The position numbers and the translations under genes are program-made. From NCBI GenBank assembly GCA_016748015.1, contig JAAOMT010000703.1, positions 866,255-930,254 on the forward strand: a stretch of 64,000 bases of DNA, given 5' to 3'. Of the stretch, positions 26,160 through 39,934 are shown piece by piece (positions within the stretch are counted from its first letter, which is position 1; the number at the start of each line of letters is the position of its first letter). Source of the DNA: Geosiphon pyriformis uo1 (lineage: Eukaryota; Fungi; Glomeromycota). The notes under the pieces are model-generated. The model did not search any database. It was not told the DNA's origin and saw only the letters and a list, made by a program, of their open reading frames with translations.

Positions 26160-29100
26160 AAATTTTTTTAAATAGTAAAATTTTTCTGTTTAATAATATA
26201 TTCAATATTTTTTATTTTAAATATAGTGTTCTAATTATAGTATTTTAAATCATTTAACATATTTTAAATTAATAAAATTTTTTAAACAGTTTGGTTTTAT
26301 TTTTATTAATTAATTTCTAAATAATTATAAAAAATATCTTACTTAAAAAGATTTTTATTATTAAAAGCAATTAAATTTCAAAAATTTCATTTTTTTTTGG
26401 TTTATATGTGTTTTATAGTTTATTATAAATAGTGATTTGGCTAGTTTTATCTTGAATTTTTTATAATATTTATTTAAAATAAATGTATTAAATATAAATA
26501 ACTTTAAAATTGTTTATTTTAGTTTGAGAAATATATATTTGTTAAAAATTTTAGTTTTTATAAATAATTTAATTAAAAATTTTAAATTTTTTAAAGCTAT
26601 TAATAATATAGTAACTTACTTTTTTGCTTTATATTTAAATATTAATATAAAAATTTATGATTAATTGTTTTTAATATTGGTTAAACTATAAACTATTGCT
26701 TTGGCTTTTAAATATGTTTTAGTGTTTTTTAAAGTATTAATTTTTTCAAATAGCCAAGTATTTTTAAATATATATCAAACTAAATTACAATTAATTGTGT
26801 TTAATTTTTATAATAATTATTAAATTAAATGTTATTATATATATAAAGATTTTACTTCATCTCAAATTCCTAAAAAAGAGTCAAAAGTTTTTTGAAAGAA
26901 GTTTTTACAATTCAGTACAATAAATTAAAACCATTTCTGCTCAACTACGAGACCATTGTTGGTCCCAGTATGGCTGTAATGAAGAAGTCTGTCAAAGGCT
27001 TTAGTAAGGATACTGTTAGCAAAGATGTTGCCTCTAGAAAAAAAAGAAAAGGAGGTGTTTTAAAAGACAGTATTGTTTATGGAATAGTTTTACCTGATTA
27101 ACTAGTTGGTGGTTCTTGAAGGTCTAAAGCTGGTGATACCACTGAATCAGACAGTGTAGATATAGAGAGAGAGTTCTTGATTGAGGAAACTAGTGTGGAT
27201 TATGGAAAGAGAGATGTTTTTGTAAGAATGGACAGTAACCAAATGCCGAAGGGTCCAAGATTGGTTACCAAGCAGGCTTTAGGCAAGCCTTTGGACAAAA
27301 TCAACTTTCTGGGCAACAATGATGATAATAACATTCTCCTGGATGAACCTGTGGTGCTTTTTTCTCTCTCAAAAAATTAGTCAGTGTGTTTACTAGAAAG
27401 TCTTTCACTTTGGATATTGATCTGATCAATATTTCTAAAAAATCTGCTCAGGACAAGCTGGCTGTGGTCAGGAAATTATTTTCAAAAATCAATGGTTTTG
27501 GGGGGGTCTCTACCCCCTCAAAATTTTCTGGAATCATCTGGATAATGTTCACTTCCAAATCTAGTTTAATGAAAGCTACCAAATTGGCTACTAATGTGAA
27601 AATTCTGGTGAATACTAATCTCAAAAAATCAACTGGTTGTTCAAATTGGGCTGTGGTGCTAAAGAAAATTCCAGTAGAAACATCAGCTAAGACTGTGCGT
27701 GCTGTGCTATCTGAATTTGGTATGATTAAGTTGATCAAGATGCAGTTGGTAGGGCTGTGACAGAAAACAATTGTGGAATTTGAGAAGTGGAATCAAGCAG
27801 ATCTTTTGGCAGCTAGGTGGTCTATCCTAATTGGGAAAAATGCAGTGCATGTTGCCAGATCAGATTTGGACAAATTGACATGAGATATGAGAAATTATTA
27901 TAGAGCACTGCTCTATACTCTTCCAGTAGGAACAAATGCTTATAACATCTGAGACTTTATTGGTTCTGTGGGTGGAAAACTTGTGTAATTGATCACCATC
28001 TGGTTATATACGCCTGGGCCAGATGTGCCATTGTTTGTTTCGAGTTAGCTAAATCATTGGATGTCATCATAAAAACCACACCTGTGTTAAAAGATGCTCA
28101 TCTTCATTGGTTTTATCTTGGCTCTGTTATGTGTGCAAAGTGTGAGAAACTGGGTCATACATCTCTGAGCTGTGTTTCAAATGGGAAATCTTTCTCTAGT
28201 GGCTTGCCACATCAAGTTTTGTCAGATACAGATAAAGACAGGTTGGCAGCCATTTACACCAAGCATTCAGCACCTGTTGCTTGTTCTGTCTCTTTTGGTA
28301 GAGTCTCATGGGCCAAGATTGTTGGTGGGTCTTCTTTTCCTCCTCCCTCTGTTCATAATGGTTTGGTGAATGCTGGCTCCTCTTCAGAGATAAAGCCTAC
28401 CCTTCTTGTTATGAGTGATTTGAAAATAAGATTTGCAGTTCTGGAAAGCAGTATTGCCAGCTTTGTGGAGCAAATTGGTAAGTTGGCTAAGAGGTTAGAC
28501 TTATTCATGCCAGCAGTTTTCCAGCCTAGCTCTGGATGTCAGCTGTCAGTGACCCCCTCATTACAAGATTAAGTGGGTGATATAGTGATAAGAGAAGGCT
28601 CAAGTGGGGCCACTAGTGGTAATACTGCTGCAATTTTGGTTTTTTCTGCCTCTTCTGAAGTAAAAAGATTGGAAAATATGTTGGAAGAACTTTCTAAGTC
28701 TAACAGCAAGGTTTGATGGTTCAATTTTGGCTAGTGGTGTGCTTCTCAAATCCTTTTCTCAATGACAGATTTTGTTTGGAAGATTGTCATGTGTAACGTT
28801 CATGGGATGAACAATCTTGCCAAGCAAGATGATGTTATTTGTTGGCACAAAGACATAAGCAATTTGATTTCTATTTTTACTGAATCAAAATTAAAAGAAA
28901 AGATTTACTCCTGGATTGCCAATAAGTTTGATGGTATGTGGGTGTTTACTTTTGGTCTGAATTTTAATTATCTGGGTGCTGGTGTGACTGTTGTTATAAA
29001 CAATTTTTTGGTGAAACATGTTTGTAAGGTTTCTGAGGTGCCTGGCCAGCTTATTTCCATCAGGCTGCTTTTCAGAAACAAGCTTTTAGTTTTGATTTTG

Positions 29101-32100
29101 GGGCTTTATGCTGGTGCCTCTTTGGCAGTCAGGTTTTCTCAAGCTGGTAATGTCAACTCTCTAATTGCCAAGGCTGTGAATGATTTATTCTTTATTATTT
29201 TTGGCAGTAATTTTAACGAGAACAGGTCTCGTAGATATGCTAGTTATAAAAAATGCTTTGATTTGGGTTTGGTGAATTCTCTAAATGGGAGTTTTGTTGT
29301 GAAGGCACCTACTTGGAGTAATTTTCGTGGTGTATTAAAAACAATTGATTATTTATTCATCTCTTCAAATCTGGTTAATGCAATTGTGGATCATGGTGTG
29401 GCTAATGTCATGAACCATTTTAATACTGACCACAAGGCTGTTTCTGTCTCTGTGAGTTTGGGTGGCTTGCTTGATGTTCATCTGATTTTGTTGTATAAAC
29501 AAGCGAATAAGAATCATTGGAAATTCGATGTCAAAAATGTGAATGGTACTAAATGGTGTGAGTTTTGAGTATCTACAACAGCCAATGCTGCAATGTTTTC
29601 AAATGAGTTCTCTTCGGCCAGTGGATTTTCAGATTTGGATGCTATGTAGAACATTATTTACAAGATTATGGTTTTTTCAGCAGATGGAACATTCAAGAAA
29701 AAGTGGTTTAAGAGTTTTAATAATGTTTTTACCAAGGTATCCTTCAGGTTTCATAAGCTGGAATTGCTGGTATCTAAATTGGTCAAGACTTCACGTTTGG
29801 TTTCTAGTGATGATTTTGTTTCTTTGTTCAAGGTGTAAGACAGACTTGATTCTACTGGTGCATCGGCAGTAAAGTCTTTTTTACTTTTAAGTTCTAATTT
29901 TGATGTCATTTGCTCTGCACTGGCCAAAGCAAGAAAATTGTACTGCTCTTCTAAGTTGTTGGAATCCAAACGCACTGAAGAATTATCTATTAAGCAAGTC
30001 ATTAATAAAAGGATGAAAAGTTTTGAGCTGGACAAAAGCCATACCATTAAGTGTGTGTTGGAGTGTCCCTTCCACAAAGTGGTCTTAGATTATCTTGTTG
30101 TGGGGGATGAGTTGATTTTGGAACCTGATTTGGTCAAGCCTAAGGTGAATGAGATCATAGAAGGGTGGACCAGGAAACACAGAGTGGTGTCTGATGTTTT
30201 TGATGATTGAGTCCACCAATATTAGCCTCTGGATTACATGTTTGATGGTGCTTTTTTTGGGGTTATGTGTCCTATTGGTTTTGATGAGATGTCTGCCATT
30301 GTCAAAAAGCTTCTTGATGAGAAAGCTGCTGAACTTTCTGGCATTTCTAATGAATTGTAAAAATGATGTGACAAGTCAGTTTTGGATATGTTTCTGGTAC
30401 TTTTGAACTTTTGCTTGGTTGGTAAATTGGTTCCTAAACCTTGGAGAGAAGCTTAGGTTTCGATGATCTTGAAACCTTATGAATGAAAGGGAGTTCTCAC
30501 AAACACCCATCCTATTGCTTTGATTAAAATGGCCTGCAAGATTTTTTCTAAGGTTCTTTTGAATAGGATTTCCTCAGCTTGCAGTACGTTTGATGTTCTT
30601 CATGAAGACAATTTTTCTGTTTTAAAAGATATAATGACACAGTCCCCCATTTTTGCCATTGGTTCTGTTGTTGAAGATGTCTTGGAGAAGAACTGGGAAC
30701 TCTGGTTGGTTTTGCAAAACATGCGCAAGGCTTATAACTCAGTTGGTTGGGAACATCTCAGGAAGAGTTTGGTCAGAATTAAAATATATGACAAGTTTAT
30801 AAAGTTTTTTGGTAGTATTCACAATGGGTGCGTTAATAGGGTGATGACAAATTTCAGCTTGACTGATGGGTATTATGTTCATGATGAATTGGACTAAAGG
30901 GAAGTTTTCTTATCTCTTCTTTGGCACATCTTCTATGATTCACTTTTGTGTGAGGTCAAGAGGCAGGAGAGTGTGTGTGGATACAGATTGAATTCCCATT
31001 TTATATCCAAAACTGGCCGAACGGATCCTTAGGCTGGGTTGACATCATTTTTTGCCACTGGTGCTTTTGTCAATGATACAATTTGAGTTGGTAGCAGCCA
31101 GACTGCTACACAACATATCTTTAATGTTGCTAGTGAATTTTTTAGGTTTAATGACATTTCAATAAATAATGACAAAATGGTGGTCATCCCTATCAACTGC
31201 CAGGTTGCAAACTCTTATCTAATTATCAATGACTCACCTATTTCCATTGTCAAGAAAAAAGAATGTTATTATTATCTGGGTATTTTTTTGTTAACTGAGG
31301 GATTGTCGAGGCCTAGCTTGGTCAAAGTTCACTTGGATGTTTGGTTTTTTGCTAATCTTGTTTTGAAAAAAGTAATTTCAGATAAACAGTTTGTGTATTT
31401 GGTGTCTGCTGTATTCTTTCCGATTGTCTGTTACAGGACACAGTTCAGTTATATTCTTTTGAGTGTGTGCAATAAGTGGAATGCCATAATTTGCAAAGGC
31501 TTGAAGTCTAAGACTGGTTTTCTACTTGACTTCCCCAATGATACACTCCATCATTCCTCTTTGTATAGTCTGAGAACTTTTGAACAAATTCAGGCTGAGA
31601 GCAAATCGGCTTCTATTGTTTCCTTTGTGAATTCTGTTGGGTTATTGGGTCACTTATTCTCTCACAGGTCTTATGACCTTCAGGTTTTCAGTTGGCATCA
31701 CCATTATCCTTTGCAATTTCCAGTTCATATTAAGGTCTGTCCTACAAACAATTTTTTGGCTGGGGTGGTTCATATCCTTTCTGGATGTGATTTGTCTTTT
31801 GGTGGTTCTTTTCCTAGTGCTTTTTATTTTTATGGTGGTTCTCCTATGTTTCTTGTTCTTGGTAAACATTGCTTTTTCAAGTATGTTTCTTCACTCTGCT
31901 GCTATGGTGTTGCTTTTGTGGAGCAGTTATATGACTGGGCCAATGCCGTTTTTAGTTGGAATACCTTCAAATACTGGAAAAGACTGGACCCCCGTGGCCC
32001 AGTTTCTCTCTGGTTTAATCTCTCTGTACAATTTCTTGGTGGTGTTGTTTCTTCTTCTTCTGTTTGCCTTCCCTCCGTGGATGGTCATGCTCTTTCTGAT

Positions 32101-34200
32101 GTTCTTTAATCACACAATTTTGGTGTTGTTTGTGATGTTCTGTTGAACACTAATGCTGCTGTTAGTTTTTTTGTGTATACGGATGGGTTTCTAAGCAGTT
32201 TGGGTACTGTTAGTATAAAAACTGGTGCTGCTGCTTTTTTTGAAGACATTTATTTGGATTTGGGTGTAAGGGTGTTTGGCATGGTTTCTTCGACACTGGT
32301 GGAATTACAGGCCATTGCTTTGGCACTTGAGTGTATTCCTCCTTTTTGTTCGGTTGATTTATTCTCAGACAGCCAAGCAGTTTTGAATACATGTGAGTTT
32401 GAGTTTTTGTTGATTTGTCCTGATTTCAGGAATTGATGCTGGATCAAACATTGCCACATTGCTGATGTTATTCGGAATAAAAATTTAAATGTGAATTGGG
32501 TCAAAATTAAGGGTTATTCAGGTGTCTTAGACAATGAGCAAGCCGATACACTTGCTAAGACAGTAGCTTCCTCTTCTTGGTAACTACTTTATAGAATTGG
32601 TAAGTGTTTTTTAAGAGGTGGTGATTTTGTGGTTTCTGGTAATTCAAGACACTTTGTTCATGATGTTTTTCGGTCTGTTAATTGAATGTGTTGGAAGATT
32701 GGCTCTGGTTCCTGGGTTGTGGTTGGTGGTTTATGTGGTGATATTGATTGGTCCAGATCTTCTTTGGTGTGGCACCCCAATTCCCACATGGCTGCTGGTT
32801 CCACTAGTGCACAAACAGCTGGTCTTTAGACTTACTTTATGAAAGCTCTGCACCACTGACTTTCTGTGGCTATGCGTAAGTATCTGTATGATAGATGTTA
32901 TCCCAGTATAGCGTGTTTATTCTGTGGCAATGTCGAGGTTTCTGATCACGTCTTTTTCTGCTCTTTTGATGCTGCTGGTTGTTTTCATTTGATGAATACT
33001 TTTGCAGTGACTTGGGAGATCTGTTCTGGTTTATCTTGTTCCTTCTCTTGTGTTTTGCAGTTGTTGTCTACTTGCATATCTAATGTTGTGATTAGTGCAG
33101 CTCTGTGCAAGAGTTTTGTTTTCAAAAATTGGTATCAGAAATCTGTTTCCACTTTTAAGGACTCTAAGGTGGTGGCTACTAATGTAGTAAACTTTGTGCG
33201 CAATTTTTGTATTGCATTCTGGGATGATATTTGGCTAGTCTGTGTAAAACACCATGCTGTTATGAAAAGGAATGGGCTGATTTTATGTAATGGCTTTATT
33301 CCTGTCTCTGTATCTGGTTTTTCTGAGCAGCTTTTGTTTGGTGTTATTAGATTGTTGGAAATTGCTAAAGTGTTTGGTGTTGGTTTCAGGTTTCGTAAGT
33401 CCTGTTTGTTTTTCTCTGATACTTGTGATGAGATTTCAGTTCATATAGGTGTTTAGTGTAGTTTTGACTGGTCTGAGTGGCTGGTCACGTGTAGTAAGAG
33501 CATGATTTGCATCTAGTTTAGATTATTTGAATGATGTATTGCATTAGGTAGTGTTTGGACTTTATTCATTAAATGGTAAAAAAAAATATATATATAATAT
33601 TATAAAAAACAAGAATATTTCAATAAAGTAATCAAAAATAAGAAAATATTTTGGTATTTTAAACAATAAATATACTAATATATTAACAAATTAAACTGCT
33701 TCTTTAAAATTAATACTGTTAATTAATATTAATTTATATATAATTTTATGTAAAAAAAATTGTTTTTAAAAAATAATTAATAATAACTAAAACTGTTTTT
33801 GATAATATTAAATTTGTTATTTTAAAGTTAATTAATTTTATGTATGATTTAATTATTAGTTATAAAAATTAAATATAATTGTTTAATTTAAAGCTTTAGA
33901 CAAAAATAAAAAAAAAAGTTGTATTAAAAAATAATAAGTTAGTAAAAATTGTTATTTGGAGCTTTTTAGCTAATTTATTAATAGTAGTAAAAAATTAAGC
34001 TATTAATTTTGGTTATAAATCTGGTTATTTGTTTTTTATTAATATAAATAATAATATTTCTGTTAATATAATTGTATAGTGTTGTCTTAATTGATTAAGT
34101 GGCTAATTACATGTAAAAAATATATAAATTACATTTAATTTAAAATTTTAGATAGTTATATTGTATTAAATTATGATTAAACTTTATTTATTAAATAAAT
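26160..34200 (+). mobile_element. Old, extremely decayed LINE 3' part (26160-26846 + 33598-34200) split by a younger LINE
   Basis: The RNase H relic continues across the insertion (..TIALAFKY..FSNSQV.. | ..IIKNKNISIK*SKIRKYFGILNNKYTN); decayed 3' tail at ~34075-34200. Confidence 0.7.
26847..33586 (+). mobile_element. Full-length LINE (ORF1 + APE-RT-RNaseH-CCHC ORF2), inactivated
   Basis: ORF1 CAKCEKLGHTSLSC; APE CNVHG..TE..IDYLF..TDHKAV; RT KAYNSVGW, FVND; RH YTDG..ELQAI..SDSQA..KGYSG..NEQAD; CLFC..DHVFFC; poly(A) 33578-33586; TSD TATATATATAA (26836-26846 / 33587-33597). Confidence 0.93.
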
Positions 34201-34699
34201 AAATAAATAAAAAATATAAATAAATAAAAAAATTTCTTTTTAATATTATAGTGAATTGTATTTAATAAAATTAAAAAAGCTTTGCTTTTATTATTAATAT
34301 TAAATTTAATATTAATCATTATAAGTTTTTAATATATGCTTAAAATTAGTTTTTATATTATTAAAAATATCCAGAAAAAACTGTTATCTTTTTTGGTTTT
34401 TGAGTAAAATTATTTTTAATAAAGCCATATGTAATATTTTTTATAAACTTTTTGGTCATTAATAATATTTTGTAAAATATTGAAAAACTATAAGACAATA
34501 AAACAAAAACTTCTTTTCAAAAATCTTTTTTTTTTAATGTAGAAAAGAAAGAAGTTTTGGTTTTTTTAATTATATTAGAAATATAATAATTGCTTTTTTT
34601 TCTTTTTGTTAAATCAACCGTTTTTGTTAAAATTATTCAAACTATTTCTGCAAATATGTTATATTGATTACATTCAGCCTAATAATAAATGATGGGTGG

Positions 34700-34707
34700 T
34701 GACGTCA
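34700..34707. promoter_or_regulatory. CRE/ATF palindrome TGACGTCA upstream of the RRM gene
   Basis: Perfect consensus ~340 bp upstream of ATG 35048, at the edge of the CpG-retaining island; function not shown. Confidence 0.4.
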
Positions 34708-35047
34708 GAAATGCGTGGCAGCTGGAAACACACCGATTATCAACCCCTGGTGAAAACAAAAACACCAGTACTCCTCCCTCTTAGATAGGTTTGCATAAGA
34801 GTTGAAGAATAATCTTTTTCTATAACACGATACGTTGACATATCCTACGAACAAAATATTTCAGAGATTTCTTGTTAGCCTTTATCTCGATAGGTAAATA
34901 TTTGAAAGAAATCTTAGAAAGGTTTCTTTCTTTTTTCTGCCATTTTTTTGAGTTACAAACAGATCTGACCTTGAGGAAACAAACGAAAATTTTTCTTTGA
35001 AGCAACCTTATTCTCAATAAACAAGTGAAAAGTATTTTAGCATCTTA

Positions 35048-37803
35048 ATGGCTGCCAACAGCTCATCTTCGCGACAGTCGAGTGATGCCAAGATCCACGG
35101 CATGGACGATGGGCGTGGTCGCTCGGGTCATTCTGACGATGGAGATATAGCTATCAAAAAAGAACACAAGTCATCTATACACGAAGAGGGGTAAGTGGGT
35201 GAAGTTGCATTTTATAGGTACTCTAGTACTTCTTGGTTAAGAGCCAGGTATGCTTTTTCCGAAAAATCGGCCGTTTACCCGTATCAAAAGCATCGAAGGT
35301 GTTAGTTGAAGAGTCTCCAGCCTTAGTGTCAAATAGTTTTTTTGACTTAGATATTGGGCGATAGAGAGCAACCTAGTTTGTCGTTATAGAAAGAGAAAAG
35401 AAAGAATATCGAAACCTGATCCATAGATTTAAAATCCGACTTTACGATCAAACGGTCAAGTAGAAAGAAGCAAGAGAGGGAGAGAGAGAAAAGAGATATC
35501 TTTTAGGAAGTAAAAATGTTATTTCTTTAGAAAAAATCACAACCACTAATAGGCTCAATCTTTTTTCCCCGTACCCTTTTTTTCTATATATTACTTTGGT
35601 ATATTTGCATTTGTACCATAACGTTCACACGTACTCTTTTAGAAAGATGTTCATAGGAGGTCTTAATTGGGAAACCACTGATGGTAAGAGAAAAGTTTTA
35701 GCATTAGGTTTTTCAACTTTATTCTTCCACTTTGGCGACGTAGATATTTTCTTGTCGTCGTATCTCCACTCTCTTGTTCTCCTCTCCCATTCTCTCTGGC
35801 ATGTGGCATGTGGCAATAGTCGTAATGATGGTATAACATAATCAAAATACGAAACAAATGGATAGTGATCAAATTTCAAAAAAGTCAAGAGAATTGTGCG
35901 AACGATGACTTGAAAAACGCGCATTGTGGAAGAACGTTTGAAGATGTTTCTTAAGAAATAATGTTCTGGATGTCATGTTCCCGATTTTATGTGTAAATCG
36001 CAAGATATATTATCTTGATCTGCGACTAGCATTGGTGTTTAATTTGACACCTTTATTCAAATATACCTTAATAATCATAATAACCTTTTCTCTTCCCAAT
36101 ATCACGATCATCTACCGTTGTCCATGCTTTGATATGAAACACGAACGCTACCTTATAGAGAGCCTAAAATTATACTTTTCACAATTCGGTGAAGTGACGG
36201 ATTGCATAGTAATGAGAGATCCAAATACTGGTAGATCTCGAGGGTTTGGATTTCTTACGTTTGTCGATCCTTCCGTAGTCAATACCGTATTGGTTAAAGA
36301 ACATCAATTGGATGGCAAAATAGTAAGTAGATGGGATTTAGCAAAATCCGAGATTAACCTATAATATAAGCTATATATTTTGAGAATTAGCCTATAGAAG
36401 AGCGAAAAATAAGGATTTGGAGAAATTAAGGCAAAAATATTGTGCACATTTTTTTCTTATTTGATGACAAATTCCTTCAAGAAATACATGCGATCACCTT
36501 GAACCTTTTAAATTTTGGCTTGTTTTTTTTGTGAGTCAATCTAATCACTTTTTTGATCTTCGATCCTGTTCACCAATAGATTGATCCAAAACGAGCTATT
36601 CCCCGAGAAGAGCAAGAAAAAACAGAAAAAATATTTGTCGGCGGCATCGCACCCGAAGTGACCGAAGAGGAATTTAAAGATTACTTTACGCAATTTGGTA
36701 ATGTAATTGACGCAACCTTAATGGTTGATCGAGATACTGGTAGACCTCGTGGGTTTGGTTTTATCACTTTTGATTCCTCCGAACCCGTGGAAAAAGCAAT
36801 GGCAAGACATGATTTAGAAATTCAGAACAAGCCGGTATATAGTAAACGGATAGATAATAATTTAAAATAGTTTGGGAAATTGCTGAGGGATATTTATGCC
36901 ATTAATCATCTTCTCTCTCATCTTACTTTTTTTCCTCTCATAATTACATAAAGATTGAAGTAAAACGTGCCATGCCAAAACATAAATCACAACGGATGCA
37001 ACTCTATAATCAGCAAAGTTTTGGAGCTTCGGCATCTGCACAAGTTTCTGCCGCAGCTGCACTTTCTGCTTTAACGCCAGCAACTGGATCTACTTCGCGT
37101 TATGAACAAGGCTATGGAGGGGCTACCAGTAAAGATGGAGGTCTAGGATATTCAGGAATGGGCTATACCCCTGGATCCTATCCAAATTATGGTGGATATG
37201 GGCAATATTCAAGTTATAGCTATCCAAGTAGTTATCCTGCCGGTTACTCCGGATATAATGCTGCAATGACTCAGGCTTACTATTCAAGGTAATGTTTTTT
37301 TTTTAAAAAAAAAATCAGGAAAACAATAGTTCCTATGTTTCTTAAAACTTTGTCATCACATTAATGATAGATATGCCAACTCATATGGACAATATGGTGG
37401 TGGATACGGTAGTGGCAGTTCAGGAAGTCGAGGTGGTGGGTCATATAATCAATGGTATAGGGGCAGTGATACTGGCTATACTTCAAGTGGACCTTCATCT
37501 ACAGGTGCAGTTTCACCTCTAGGAGGTGGGCCATCATCGGGAGCTAATAGAATGGTAGGAGGTAGTGGGAGTTATCATCGTGGATCACCTGCTCGAGAAG
37601 TTGACGGTGGCTACGGTAGTCGAGATCATTATCACCATCATCCTGCTGGTAGTTCCGCACTTTATAATCGTGGAAGTTCTCGTGCTAGCGGTCCTATTCG
37701 TTCCTCTTACTCTAGTGGTTTACAATCTGGCCAAAGTGGAGGTGCATTGCACAGTAGCGCTCAAATCCGTGGTCAACATAATTATCATCCCTATGCACGA
37801 TAA
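35048..37803 (+). CDS. Two-RRM hnRNP/Musashi/Hrp1-like RNA-binding protein; exons 35048-35190, 35643-35683, 36159-36322, 36580-36834, 36954-37288, 37371-37803
   Basis: KMFIGGLNWETT, RSRGFGFLTF, IDPKRAIPREEQ, RPRGFGFITF; G/Y/S-rich tail ending in PY-NLS-like HNYHPYAR; GT-AG introns keep frame. Confidence 0.93.
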
Positions 37804-38659
37804 AATTTTTTACCTTATGGGGAAAAACAAATCAAAATCCTTTTCCTGGGCTGAATTTTGGGAAATAATTTGGACATTCGTTGGCTTTCAAATTTCCTAA
37901 TTATCTTTCGGCCTTGTGGAGGGGGAGGAAGATGAAAGAGAAATGAGATGGTGATTGTGTTTGATGTTCGTGATCCCATTGACTTTTTACCTTGTGTTTA
38001 TAGCATATTATAATAACTAGTATTTTCCGCGATTCTTTCTTTGGCAACTTTCGAAAATGCTTTCATTCCTTTCGTTTTCCCTCACTCCCTTTTCTTTGAT
38101 GTTTTACAATACAAAATTTCTTCGGCGTGATGTTCTTAAAATTTTATATTCAAACTGGCATGCTATAATATTATAATTTTCACGGAAAATGCAAACCGGA
38201 GCAATCGTAGAAGGTTAATAAAGATTCTATATTACTTTCATTACTACTACTATGTTAATACTGATCATCGCTAGTGATTATAATTTCTGTTACAAAATCT
38301 TTTTAGAATTTACCGTCGCCAAAGCCTTAGATTCTTCGATATCTTTATCATTCGTATCATGTTTTATAAAAAAAGTACTATTAAATAGAAAATATTAAAT
38401 CTTCATAATAAAATGTTACGAAAAAAAACTGCCCAAAATTTTTTATTGTATTATATGTCATCCAACGTTGTTTTACTTCGTTTTTCCCAACGATTTAAGT
38501 GCCCAAGGGTTCAATGCTATCATTTCTCTGTAAATATATTATTTTAAATGCGAATAAAATCGTCTTATCTATGTTTCAACTTGTATTACATGAAAATCAA
38601 CATGTTTTTTCATCAAAGAGCACAACTGTCAAATTCTAATTATTCATTTTTAATTTAAT

Positions 38660-39934
38660 TTAATGCTTGTAAAAGACTATTTCACCATCTTCTTCGATGA
38701 ACCGGCATTCGTTGTAACTTTTCCAAAGCGCTTTAAAAATTGGCTCATCATCACGGATATAGTAAGGTCCCATCAATTTCGCGAGATGTTTTGTAGCCTC
38801 TTCAGCGTGATAATGTGGCATTTCACTGAAATAATGATGAGCAACATGGGTGGAAGATATTTTGTGGAAAATATTATCGAGGAATCCGTAGTGACGATCA
38901 ACTTTGAATCAAATAGAGTGGAGTTTAATATTTTATTTTAGATTAATTTTGATAAATTAAAGGAAGAAAAAAAATGTTTACAAACCTGTAGAAGCAGCAC
39001 CACGAACAAAATCCCATTGGCCATCACGATAATGAGGCAATCTTGCATCGGTATGTTGTAAAAAGGTGATCATTACGAGCCAATGATTTACGACGAGATA
39101 AGGAATCAAATAGTATTTGACCACGTGAAGGAAAGAAAATGTATACGAGAAATACGCAAGTACTCCCAACATCATGGCAATCCCGATATCTGAAATTATT
39201 ATTTCTCTAAACTGATCTGGGGTGAAGATTGGCGCATACGGATTGTAATGGTTCACCCAATTTTTACCCTGGTATCTTTGACTACCCGATTTGTTTAATG
39301 TCAAATAGAGTGGCCAGCCAATAAGTTGCTGACCAATCAAATACAAAAGAGTAAAAATTGGAGCATCTTCAAAGATATGACCGTGTTTTTCGGAATCCTT
39401 CCCTTTGGGGGGCAAGCCAACCCTAGAACGAGTCTTTGGGACGAATACTTCATCTTTTGTAACATGGGCAGTGTTTTTATGATGTTTTGAGTGAGTGATT
39501 CGCCATGAATGAAATGGAACCAATAAAGCCGAGTGAAGTAAAAACCCAACGACGTTGTTCACAGTTTTGCTGGGTGAGAAAGCACGATGACCGCACTCAT
39601 GTGCAATTACCCAAAGACCAGTAGCGAAAGCACCGCAGAAGAACCAGTATAAAGGCCAGGCAACAATTCTTAAAGTATATGGCAAATAAGTATCGATATA
39701 GCTGGCGGCATAGGCTAAAGCACCGATTACGGCCAAGTCACTTATAACATAAGAAAAAGATTTTAAGGTGTCACGTTTGAAGCAGTGTGCTGGTATAGCT
39801 TGACGTAATTCCTTTATGGTAAAGTTTGGGGGAATATAATCTCGTTCAAATTTTGGAGTTTCTATAATATTCTGCTTTTTAATAGGGCCCGGTCGGTAAG
39901 TTGGTTGAGATTCTTCGGTATTTGGAGGTGCCAT
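38660..39934 (-). CDS. FAD2: Delta-12 (omega-6) fatty acid desaturase; exons 39934-38986, 38901-38660
   Basis: Three His boxes HECGH, HSKHH, HVAHH; AIPAHCF; TFLQHTD; one GT-AG intron. Confidence 0.93.

Noticed and set aside
33465-33520. Hammerhead ribozyme in the LINE tail (CTGAGTG)
   Set aside because: Does not match the CUGANGA core and lacks the GAAA/UH elements.
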